A stretch of DNA of 55,760 bases, filler included, from Squatina squatina (Eukaryota), in assembly GCA_031763465.1 (NCBI GenBank). It is 3 parts of 3 records of this genome, joined end to end, with 100 filler letters (N's around TTAATTAATTAA, not from the genome) between each part and the next. Parts side by side here need not be neighbours in the genome. Positions count along the whole stretch, not along the records: positions 27,257 to 41,544 come from JARFOE010000001.1; 2 more parts are not named here. One strand, written 5' to 3'. Made by a program: the position numbers and the translations under genes. Of the stretch, positions 27,342-37,608 are shown one piece after another (the first letter of the stretch is position 1; each line of letters opens with the position of its first letter). Under the pieces are notes generated by a model that worked only from the letters and a program-made list of their open reading frames with translations, did not search any database and was not told the DNA's origin.

Positions 27342-28174
27342 CTGCATTTAGAAACAGTTACATTACCACTCAACAGGAACACAAGGAGGAATACTCAAGT
27401 TTAGACAAAATTGCACTTTGAAAAGCAGAATATATCATCTTACTTTAAATATCCACAGCTGCAAGAAGTATTAACTGCAAGCATATGATGTTCAATAACC
27501 ATGGACCCAATTCTGAAATGGTTCAGTTTCAATAGCTTTGAACAATTATTAAATTCTAAACACTATCTTTTTTTAAAATGTGAAACTCACTGAAGAGAGA
27601 TTATAACTTTGAAGCAGCTCAAAATCTTTCAGGATCTTAAACCATTGATCACAAAATTTATATTTTTTCTAAAAATCCAGTGTTATGCATAAATGTTTGC
27701 AGCAGTCCAAATATAATACTGAATTCCTGGCAATTTAATCCACAATTAAAAGGCCACTTTCATGGAGACCTGAAATAACATTTGAAGTATTACAATCTAG
27801 TAAGACCATATCTTCTGCATTTATAGACTTCTGGTTTTGAGAGAATATTTGGAGATTTATGAATGGTACAAAAACTATGCTGNNNNNNNNNNCAGTCAGG
27901 TTACAGATGAATCCTGAAATGTAATAACTCAATGAAGTGGGCTGGAAAAATGATATATTGTTAACAAAACACTACATTGATCTTCATAAAACCAAGAGAT
28001 GCATATTTTATGAAAAGAATAAAATGTTTTACAGTGTTGAAGGACTTCAAATATAGGTTGGGGGGTGGGGGGGGGAGGAAAGACCTTTAACCATGGCTAA
28101 GATTATACATATTCAGAAAAGAAACACACTTACTCTGAATTCCAAGATGTAAATTATGCAAGTTAATTTATTAC

Positions 28175-28388
28175 CTTGCAATAAAGGAACAATTATAGAT
28201 CACATTTTTTTCAACAAAAATTCCTTCGGACTCATCGGTTTCCACCATCTTTCCATCCTGATACCAGAGCACTTGCATGTCCTGGTCAATATAAGAAGCC
28301 ATACACTGGAAAGGGAGACTGTCTCCCTCAAACACCACCTGACGATGAGAAGGGGTCAGCTGAAAGGATGGCAGCTCAAGAGGAGCAT
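28175..28388 (-). CDS. ADGRA3: Adhesion GPCR A3 (GPR125), first Ig-domain exon (214 bp)
   Basis: Acceptor ttcttgcag| and donor AG|gtaata. DAPLELPSFQLTPSHRQVVFEGDSLPFQCMASYIDQDMQVLWYQDGKMVETDESEGIFVEKNVIYNCSFIA is nearly identical to remembered vertebrate ADGRA3. Confidence 0.95.
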
Positions 28389-28717
28389 CTGCAAGAACAA
28401 CAAAAATGTTAAAAATGAAACCCATTCCACACGTTTAGACTTGTTAGGTTACAGAATACAATAATGACACATTCATAAAATGCAAAATCAAATGCACAAA
28501 ACAACTGTGTGCTCATCTTGTGGCTTGAAACCATAGGACCTGAATCTATAAATACTGAGTTGAAACGACTATTAATATATAGGAACTGTAACTTAAACAA
28601 CAAAGTTTGAGAAACAAACTCGTTTTAATAGGCAACTGAAAAACTGAAAGAAAATCTACAAGATCTGAGATGTACAGTGAAATTATAGGAAAATTAATTT
28701 TTAGCTGCAAAGACTGA

Positions 28718-29092
28718 GGGCCCGAAATTTACCTGCGTTGCTTCGGGGTGGGAGCAGGCATTTCTTGCACTGGCTCCTGACCCGCTGCACCTGCTGCAGA
28801 ATTTGCCGTTCCGGGGCGGGAGCGAGGTGCAGCGATGCTGGCCTCGCTCCCAGGCGGAACTGGGGCGGCTGGTCGGGAGTGTCGTGGCGTGGCCTCAGCG
28901 CCACACTAGCAACGTCAGCGTCTCTGCGTGCTGACGTCAGCAGCGTGGCCAGGCCTCCCTTAAAGGGGAGAGCCACCAGCAATTCTGACGGCGCCCCGCA
29001 GCCCGCCACTGGGCCACCAGGGACAGCGGCAATCAGGATACCAGTCCGGCATGCCAGTCGGGGATGATGGCCCTATCGGGCCGTGCGCCACC
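28718..29092. mobile_element. GC/CpG-rich end of a putative DNA transposon (PIF/Harbinger-like)
   Basis: Abrupt switch to high GC starting with GGGCCCGAAATTT after TGA. Similar termini occur elsewhere in the window. Ends at a gap. The family assignment is inference. Confidence 0.45.
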
Positions 29093-29192
29093 NNNNNNNN
29101 NNNNNNNNNNNNNNNNNNNNNNNNNNNNNNNNNNNNNNNNNNNNNNNNNNNNNNNNNNNNNNNNNNNNNNNNNNNNNNNNNNNNNNNNNNNN

Positions 29193-29986
29193 GGTATCTG
29201 TCATAAGCTTCCCTTTTTTTCTTTATCCTCCGCTGTAAACCCTTAACATCCAGGGGACTCTGGATTTGTTAGTCCCACCCTTTTTCTTTAAGGGAACATA
29301 CTTGCTCTGAATCCTCACCATCTCCTCCTTGAATGCCTCCCACTGCTCTGACACTGATTTACCTTCAATTAGCTGTTTCCAGTCAACTTTGGCTAAATCA
29401 CATCTCACCTTAATAAAATTGGCTTTTCCCCAATTTAGAAATTTTATTTCTGATCCATTTTTGTCCTCTTCCATAACTACCCTAAATCTAACTGAGTTAT
29501 GATCACCACCAACTAAGTCCTGAACCGCCCCCACTCTTGTCGGGCTTGCTACGTACTGGATAAAAATGTTCTCCTAAATGCATTTTAAGAATTCAGCTCC
29601 CTCTATACCTTTCACATTAAATCTATCCCAGTTAATACTGGGGGACGTTGAAATCCCCTACTATTACGGCTCTATTGCATTTCTCAGAGATCTGTCTACA
29701 GATTTGCTCTTCTACCTCCCTCTGACTGTTTGGTGGTCAATAGTACACCCCAAGCAGTGTGATGGCCTCTTTTTTGTTTTTCAGTTTGACCCATATGGCC
29801 CCATTTGATGATCCTTCTAAGATGTCATCCCTCCTCACAGCTGTAATTGCTTCTTTTATCAATATTGCAACCCCACCTCCTTGTTTGTCACCCTCTCTAT
29901 CTCCTCTGAAAACCCTGCAGCCAGGAATGTTGAGCTGCCATTCCTGCACTTCCTTCAGCTTTGTCTCTGAAATGGCTATAACATCA
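29193..29986 (-). mobile_element. CR1 LINE ORF2 fragment (APE endonuclease and linker)
   Basis: DVIAISET...WQLNIPGCRVFRGDREGDKQGGGVAILIK...ITLLGVYY, then GGDHNSVRF...LNWGKANF...WEAFKEEM. Confidence 0.93.
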
Positions 29987-30086
29987 NNNNNNNNNNNNNN
30001 NNNNNNNNNNNNNNNNNNNNNNNNNNNNNNNNNNNNNNNNNNNNNNNNNNNNNNNNNNNNNNNNNNNNNNNNNNNNNNNNNNNNNN

Positions 30087-30484
30087 ACATCCAGCGTGAT
30101 CCCACCACCACGCACATCTTCCCCTCCCCTCCCCTTCCAGCATTCCAAAGGGACCGCTCCCTCCGCAACACCCTGGTCCATTCCTCGATCACCCCCAGCA
30201 TCCCCTCCCCTTCCCACAGCACCATCCTGTGCAAGTGCAGGAGATGCAACACTTGTCCTTTTACCTCCTCCTTTCTCACTGTCCAAGGCTCCAAACACTC
30301 CTTCCAGGTGAAACAGTGATTTACTTCTACTTCTTTCAATTTAGTATACTGTACTCGCTGCTCACGATGCGGTCTCCTCTACATTGGGGAGACCAAATGC
30401 AGTTTGGATGATTGCTTTGCAGGACACCTTAATTCACTTTTCAAGGATTACCCTGAGATTCCAATTATCTGTCATTTTAATTCC
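30087..30484 (+). mobile_element. Penelope-like retroelement ORF C-terminus (Cys-rich linker and GIY-YIG endonuclease), with stop codon
   Basis: IQRDPTTTHIFPSPPLPAFQRDRSLRNTLVHS...CKCRRCNTCPF...FQVKQ*FTSTSFNLVYCTRCSRCGLLYIGETK. Confidence 0.9.
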
Positions 30485-30962
30485 ATTACAATATGCCCAT
30501 TCACATTTTGGGCATCCATATTAGATGACCTTCGTCTCTTCTGATGACAGGTCCCGGAATTGGTGGCAATGATGAGGAATAGGCAGAATGGCTCCTTAGC
30601 GTTACTCCATAGGAAAATCATCCCCCGTAGCAGAAGAGGTCAATTGTTTCTTTTTATTTCATATTTATATTAAGTGACAACAAGCTGCAGCAGGAAGAAG
30701 CAGTAAAGTAACAAGGATATAAGTCTGATGTTAACTGGGAGCACCACAGGAGCTCCAGATCCTCCTCCACATATGCAGTCACTAGGATGTATAAGCCCAC
30801 AAGATCTTATTTGAAAATCTCCCTGGAATTATGCGTAAGGAGGCCATAGTTCACTCTGGAAGCCTTGGAATAGCTTTGCTCCGTCCTACAGGTAGAACTG
30901 GAAAATTTCTTCGTCAAAACGTTGCTTAATTTCTTGGCTCATTCCAAGAGACAAAGGATCAG

Positions 30963-32263
30963 TCTGTTTCCAGTCCATTCTTGCTAAATCACATCTCACC
31001 TGAGTAAAATTGGCTTTTCACCAATCAAGAACTTTTCCACCTAGTCTATCTTTGTCCCTTTCCATAACTATGCAAAATCTAACTTAATTATGATCTCTCC
31101 CATTGATAACCCTTGCATCTGCCTAGCTTCATCCCCTAAATCTAAGTCCAGAACAGCCCCCTCTCATTTTGGGCTTGCTCCATATTGGCTAAAAAAGTAC
31201 TCCTGAATAATTCTGTACCCTCTATTCCTTTAACACTGATTGTATCCCAGTTAATGTTAGGGTAGTTGAAATCCCCTACTATTACCACCCTATTGATTTT
31301 GCAGTTCTCAGAAATTTGCTTACATATTTGCTCTTCTTTCTGCCTCTTTTATTTGGGGGTCTATAGTACTGTGATTGCCCCTTTTTTGTTCTTCAGTTCA
31401 ACCCATATGGCTTCATTTGATGATCCTTCTAATATATCATCTCTCTTCACAGCTGTAATTGTTTTTTTAATCAATATTGCGATCCCCCTCTCTATCTTGT
31501 CTGAACATTCCTGCAACCAGGAATGTTGAGTTGCCACTCCTGCCCTTCTTGCAGTCATGACTCATTAATAGCTATATCATACTCCCATGTGTCTATATGT
31601 ACCCTCAGCTCATCTGCCTTATTCCCTAGAACCCTTGCACTGAAGTATATACCATTTAGCACTGCCAAACTCCCTTGTTGTCTATTTTCTAGCCTTTGTT
31701 TCCTCCGCCTACCAAACCCACTTTGTAGTCTTCTGTCTTCCACTTCCATCTTTGCATCTCTCCCTTCTGAATCTACTCTCAGGTACCCATCCCCCTGCTA
31801 AGCTAGTTTAAACCCTCCCCAATAGCACTAGCAAACCCCACTGTAAGGACATTGGTCCCGGCCCTGTTGAGGCGCAACCCGTCCAGCTTGAGGTCCCACC
31901 TCCGCCAGAAACCGTCCCAATGCCTCAGGAATCTAAAGCCCTCCCTCCTGCACCATCTTTCCAGCCATGCATTCATCTGCTCTATCCCCCTGTTTCTGTA
32001 CTCACTACCTTGTGGCACCAGGAGTAATCCAGAGATTACTACCCTTGTGGTCCTGCTTTTTAATCTCTTTCCTAGCTCCCTAAAATCTGCCTGCAGGACC
32101 TCATCCCTCTTTCTACCAAGTCATTAGTACTGATATGGACCACAATCTCTGGCTGTTCACCCTCCCCCCTCAGAATGCCCTGCAGTCATTCAGTGACATC
32201 CTTGACCCTGGCACCAGGGAGGAAACATATCATCCTAGAGTCACGTCTGTGGCCACAGAAACA
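30963..32263 (-). mobile_element. CR1 LINE fragment spanning ORF1 (SGNH esterase domain) and ORF2 start (APE endonuclease)
   Basis: ORF1: CFLPGARVKDVTE...MNAWLERWCRREGFRFLRHWDGFWRRWDLKLDGLRLNRAGTNVL...GEGLN*. ORF2: IYFSARVLGNKADEL...YDIAI, then SSNEAIWVELKNKKGAIT. Several deletions and frameshifts. Confidence 0.93.
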
Positions 32264-34624
32264 NNNNNNNNNNNNNNNNNNNNNNNNNNNNNNNNNNNNN
32301 NNNNNNNNNNNNNNNNNNNNNNNNNNNNNNNNNNNNNNNNNNNNNNNNNNNNNNNNNNNNNNNGCACATACGGAATTCCTTACTGACAGCGCTACAATCA
32401 ATTACACATCAGGAAACTGAAAGTTTTTTGCCACGGAGTTTGGAGATTGCAAGATCTCGGTGGGCAGCTTCCTTCGAGGTCAGCGGCGATCACTATCACA
32501 TCGCCACTGACCAAATTGCGGGCCAGAAGCGTGAGCAGTCCTGATCACAAACCACTTAGTACACCTAAAGTCTCTACATTAAACTGTATGCACTTAATGT
32601 CATTTTGCATACATTAAGGAAAGAGGATGTAGAGTGGAAATGATACAATTCTCCACCTTTCATTTGATTCAATATGATACAGCAGTATGCAGTCAGTCAA
32701 TGGGAATCTAAAAAGGAACAATCAGGTCTACACTGTAGGATTTTTTAAATGAAAGAAAAATTGATTGTATAGTTTCCAGGTCATAACATTGAGCTCATTC
32801 ACAAGACTCACAGCTGCAGATTCGGCCTGCAGGTGCATATCACTTGGGTTTACACATCACCAGCTAGGGACTTTCCAATATTTAATTATGGTGTACAAAT
32901 TTCAGTAGCACCTAATTACAGGAAGCTCCCGATTGTTACCCTGGAGGTCGGTTAATCCAGGTAATTAGAATATTCAACAATTTCAAGAAACTAAACAATC
33001 TGCTTCATCATGNNNNNNNNNNNNNNNNNNNNNNNNNNNNNNNNNNNNNNNNNNNNNNNNNNNNNNNNNNNNNNNNNNNNNNNNNNNNNNNNNNNNNNNN
33101 NNNNNNNNNNNNCCTTAATGCTCTAAGCAGAGCGAAAGGATTTACTTTCCTTTCGTGGAATTGTGGATGCAGCTAATTCCTTTCTCAAATATTCAAAGGG
33201 CAGTAAAAACAAGAAAGGAGTGATTGATGAAAATTCTGTAGATTTAAAAATACCTTCTGCTGCGTAAGCTGAACAGAGGTAATTCAGACCAGAATATAAT
33301 AAGAAATCTCACATTAAGTTGTATCTCATGCTGTGCTGCTACAAAACTGCCTCACACCAGCTTCTAGATGAAATCATAGTTGGCATTTCAATAACTGGAG
33401 AGCTTTGTGAGATAAATGGCAATGCCACATGACAGGACCTGTGAAGCAGTTATTGAGTTACAGTGGTGAAGTTTACATTACTCTGGATTTAGATAAAAGA
33501 CAGCATATAGAAGACGAATGGTAAGACGACATCAAACAAGATTGTGTTTATGCAGTGACAGCAGTAATTCAATTGAAGGGACTGGTGATTTCCCTGTGGC
33601 AAAGTACAGTTTCCCCTGAGTGATTTTTATTAAAAGAGTGGAAGCCATATATTGAGCCCNNNNNNNNNNNNNNNNNNNNNNNNNNNNNNNNNNNNNNNNN
33701 NNNNNNNNNNNNNNNNNNNNNNNNNNNNNNNNNNNNNNNNNNNNNNNNNNNNNNNNNNNGACGCTACCCCCACTTGTCCCCACCCACCGCGGCTCAGGCT
33801 TCAGGTTGAAATTGCAGATCAGATATTAATGCCATCATTGGACCCGATCTGCGTACTTAAAGTAGGACCCTGCTTCCTTCCCGAGAGATTCTTCCTCACC
33901 TGCTCAAAAGAGCAGGTTATTATAGGGACACGGTGGGAAGGAAGCGCGATTCACTGAGTGGTAACGCAAAACAAGCAATAGCAAATCAGCAGCCTGTTTT
34001 ATAGTCTACCTGCTTTTCTCATCCGATTTTCTTTTCCATGAGAAACGGAAATAAGGTAGAATGTAAATCAGACTGCCTGCCAGCAACCACTCTGTATCCT
34101 CTTCGTACCCATTCCGGGCAGGAAGCAGAGCGGTGGTGTTTAATATCGGTGTGGCCTCCGCTGGGCAGAAAATTAATTTGCCAGAGCAGTTTTCCACCTG
34201 CTCCGACCCCACAGCATTGATTTACCCATCAGTGACAGTATAAAAACTGGCTGCGGTACTGACATGTATGAGTAGATCCTTTTCCTACAAGGAAATCTAA
34301 TCACTTCTCATTGAAATGTCATGACACCAGGTTTCTGCATTAATCATCGCCAAAATGGTTTATATGAATAATTAATAGTTTTAGCATTCAATCCTTCTTG
34401 AACAATTTCCATCATATAATAGTGTTTCCTCCGAGATGATAGCTTTCTCATACATATAAAGGTGGATGAGTTATAGTAATTGACACAGTTTGTGGATCTC
34501 ATCGGTCACAGAATTACTGTCATGGCAGNNNNNNNNNNGTGCAGTAACTTCACACAGACCCTCAAACCTAAAGGACAAAAATAATTAGCCTGTCAGATCT
34601 TCATCTTGTATGAAAAACATATTA

Positions 34625-34770
34625 GGGGGTAATTTTGTCTTTGTACGATTGTGTAAAATGGGTGATAGCACACTGAAGTCATTGGAAATGAAAATTGGAA
34701 GAGACGTAGGACGGGCTACTGATTCGCTGTCGCCTGTTCTACTCTATCGCTCAAAGTCAAAATTACCTCC
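34625..34770. mobile_element. 146-bp MITE-like element with ~45-bp imperfect terminal inverted repeats
   Basis: Left arm gggggtaattttgtctttgtacgattgtgtaaaatgggtgatagc versus right-arm reverse complement ggaggtaattttgactttgagcgatagagtagaacaggcgacagc: 34/45 identical by hand count. Confidence 0.7.
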
Positions 34771-36199
34771 ATCTTCTTAAGTATAGACATTTGCAGGCCT
34801 TTGTAATTAGGATTTAAACATCCAAACTAAGCCTTTAATTTGTAATTTTTAATGATTATATTCAATATATTTCAGGTGGGTAAGATTAGGGTTTAGTCAA
34901 CCTCCAATATCTGTTGCATTATTAGGATTAAGACACAAAACAATCCTAATCCTGAGTTGGCCCATTGATAGAGGAAAAGTGAGAAGAGTTCAATGGCTGG
35001 GATTCTCTGGCACGATTCTGCTTGAAGGTGAGTGGGATCGTGGTGGAAATGAAGAAAAATTTAGACCGTGAGGCCTACCACAACCTTACCATCCTGACCA
35101 GTATTTCCATTCCTCTGCCCCCTTTAGGACCATCGNNNNNNNNNNNNNNNNNNNNNNNNNNNNNNNNNNNNNNNNNNNNNNNNNNNNNNNNNNNNNNNNN
35201 NNNNNNNNNNNNNNNNNNNNNNNNNNNNNNNNNNNTGCAAAGTCTCAGTAGTTTGTATAATCACCACTGCATTTTTAATTTTTAAATGCAAAAGACTGAT
35301 GAGACTAGCTTAAATTTTTCATTGTGACTCGGAATACAGGATACAGAATAGATAAGAATAAAGCATCTAGTTCATTCAGCAAGTGAGCACAGATTTGATA
35401 ACCTGTGACTGATGTAGGGCCAAGTGAAAGTACACAGGAGCAATCTGTGTGATTGAAGAAGTCTTAGCTGGCTATGATTACATTTTAGGGAGAGGGTGGA
35501 TTGAGGCGGTTATGAAAAAACAGCCAGTCACTGTATATTATGCACTCAGTTTATAATAAAAATATATTCTTAAATACACGCACACACACACATTTAGCTT
35601 TTGTCCTCATTTTAATATGAATTATATACTGTAAAATTTTAACTTTTCTAGTCAAAAATATTGCATATAAAGAAATATTTTTGCTTACAGTGTAGCATTC
35701 ATTGTCATTTTTTACTAATAGAATTTTTTTTTTAATTGCTCTCTGCAGCCCTTGCACATGTATCTCTAGAAACAGTTGAAGTATGTAAAGTATAAAGTTT
35801 TAATCCCACATAAAGGAACTTATTGCTTTATGGAGATAATACAATATGGGGAAGACTACTGAGAGCTCATGCTGATATCCTCTTTGTGGTGAGTAATATC
35901 ATTCATTCTGATTTATCTGAGTAGCCTCTGTAGTACTAGAAAGGTTTATAGCTCTTAACAGTGGAGAGGGGCCGTAAATCACTCCTGTCACTTTCAGCTA
36001 AGGCTTACAGGATTAAAGAAAACAAAACAGAAAAGTTTGTTCCTCAAACAACTGGTTGTGAATGGTCTCATTTGAAAAAGTAGCTTAGCATTTTTATGCN
36101 NNNNNNNNNNNNNNNNNNNNNNNNNNNNNNNNNNNNNNNNNNNNNNNNNNNNNNNNNNNNNNNNNNNNNNNNNNNNNNNNNNNNNNNNNNNNNNNNNNN

Positions 36200-36946
36200 T
36201 TGTTCTCGTTTGTGACTCAGGGGTACTTCTTGGTTTCCCTTGAGCAACTTAACGAGTAGAATACCAGTAGGGGTTTCCGAGTATAAGTACTTTGATGGAT
36301 ATCCTGGTGGATTTATTTTTGTTGGGTCTAATAGCTGAATCAGTTCCTCATCCTGATTAGCTGCCCTTTGTGCTCCAGTGATTACACTCATTTTGACAAA
36401 CCCCTCCTTAGGGGGTGTCATGCAGACCGAACGTTTTGCTTGTATGTCTGCAAGACTGTTGCCTTTCGAGTGCACTGTCCCAGTGGTATGCCCGTTTACA
36501 TGTATTACCTGACAATTTTGTTTCTCCATTCCAAAATGAAGAATTTCTCCCCACAATGACTTATATTTGATAGGTTTACCCTTGTGAGTAGTAAAGTTTG
36601 TTCGTTCCCAGAACACTAGGTCCTGGTTATATCCTCTTTTACAATAGTCGCTATCCGTGCAGATTCATGTGGGTTTAATAGGGCCTACCTGTTCTAAAGC
36701 ATACCTGCTTCAGCATATTGTGCTGTCTTTTGGCCAAGGGGTATGGACAGTAATTCTTCTGGACAAAAAGAATAGGAATCTCGAAACTATCCGAGACTAT
36801 CCCCATCCCAGCTGAGGACTGCTGGGATGTCCCGTCTTTAATTGTCATTGACGACCCATCACAGTAAATGACTTGATGGCATTCTGTGAGTGGCCGCATA
36901 GGCATTTGTTTGATGCCTTCTTCTGCATCATCATCCTCCATGATAG
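36200..36946 (-). mobile_element. pol: Endogenous foamy-virus-like retrovirus pol fragment (RNase H and integrase N-terminal extension), pseudogenised
   Basis: Reconstructed: VIYCDGSSMTIKDGTSQQSSAGMGIV / LLSIPLGQKTAQYAE / YALEQVGPIKPT*ICTDSDYCKRGYNQDLVFWERTNFTTHKGKPIKYKSLW...HVNGHTTGTVHSKGNSLADIQAK...NQDEELIQLLDPTKINPPGYPSKYLY. Collinear with remembered prototype foamy virus Pol. Two frameshifts and one TGA (36665-36667). Confidence 0.88.
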
Positions 36947-37046
36947 NNNNNNNNNNNNNNNNNNNNNNNNNNNNNNNNNNNNNNNNNNNNNNNNNNNNNN
37001 NNNNNNNNNNNNNNNNNNNNNNNNNNNNNNNNNNNNNNNNNNNNNN

Positions 37047-37431
37047 GCCTTCTGAAAATCCAAATACACCACATCCACTGGTTCCCCCTTATCTACTCTA
37101 CTAGTTACATCCTCAAAGAACTCTAATAGGTTTGTCAAACATGATTCCCCTTTCATAAATCCATGTTGACTTTGCCCAATCATTTTATTATTTTCTAAGT
37201 GTCCTGTTATCACATCCTTTATGATAGATTCTAGTATTTTCCCTACTACTAATGTCAGGCTAATAGGTCTGTATCCCTGTTTTCTCTCTCCCTCCTTTCT
37301 TAAATAGGGGTTACATTTGCTACCCTCCAATCCACGGGAACCGTTCCAGAATCTATAGAATTTTGGAAGATGACAACCAATGCATCCACTATCTCTATAG
37401 CCACCCCTTTCAAAACCCTGGGATGTAGGTC
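37047..37431 (-). mobile_element. CR1 LINE ORF2 reverse transcriptase fragment
   Basis: YRPISLTLVVGKILESIIKD...SQHGFMKGESCLTNLLEFFEDVTSRVDKGEPVDVVYLDFQK. Confidence 0.95.
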
Positions 37432-37494
37432 AGTGTACAGCAATCAAGAGCAGGAACCCTTGCTAATTTCTCCATGCTAGTTGGCCGAGCAATG

Positions 37495-37608
37495 TCCCAG
37501 TTGAGATCAGCTAACGTGGCATGACCAGTGATCAAGCCTGGGTCTTTTCAGCTCTGTATTGCTCAGTATCAGACCAGATGATACATCTATCTATTGAGCT
37601 ATGAAGGG
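37495..37608 (-). mobile_element. Old tRNA-derived SINE fragment
   Basis: The minus strand cccaggcttgatcactggtc...gttagctgatctcaac is similar to the + strand copy at 49625-49683. Confidence 0.5.

Noticed and set aside
28701-29092. GC-rich ORFs or a possible CpG-island promoter
   Set aside because: The translations are Ala/Arg/Gly/Pro-rich with no domain. The segment lies inside an ADGRA3 intron, starts at a TIR-like motif and ends at a gap, so it is better explained as a repeat.
29737-30339. 200-aa and 186-aa ORFs on opposite strands
   Set aside because: Both read through Ns, linking a minus-strand CR1 endonuclease piece to a plus-strand Penelope piece from a separate contig.
36845-37330. 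ORF apparently fusing an RT domain to the RNase H region (a novel RT-RNase H element)
   Set aside because: The RT is CR1-type and is joined to the foamy contig only across a 100-N gap, and in the wrong frame. This is an assembly artefact.
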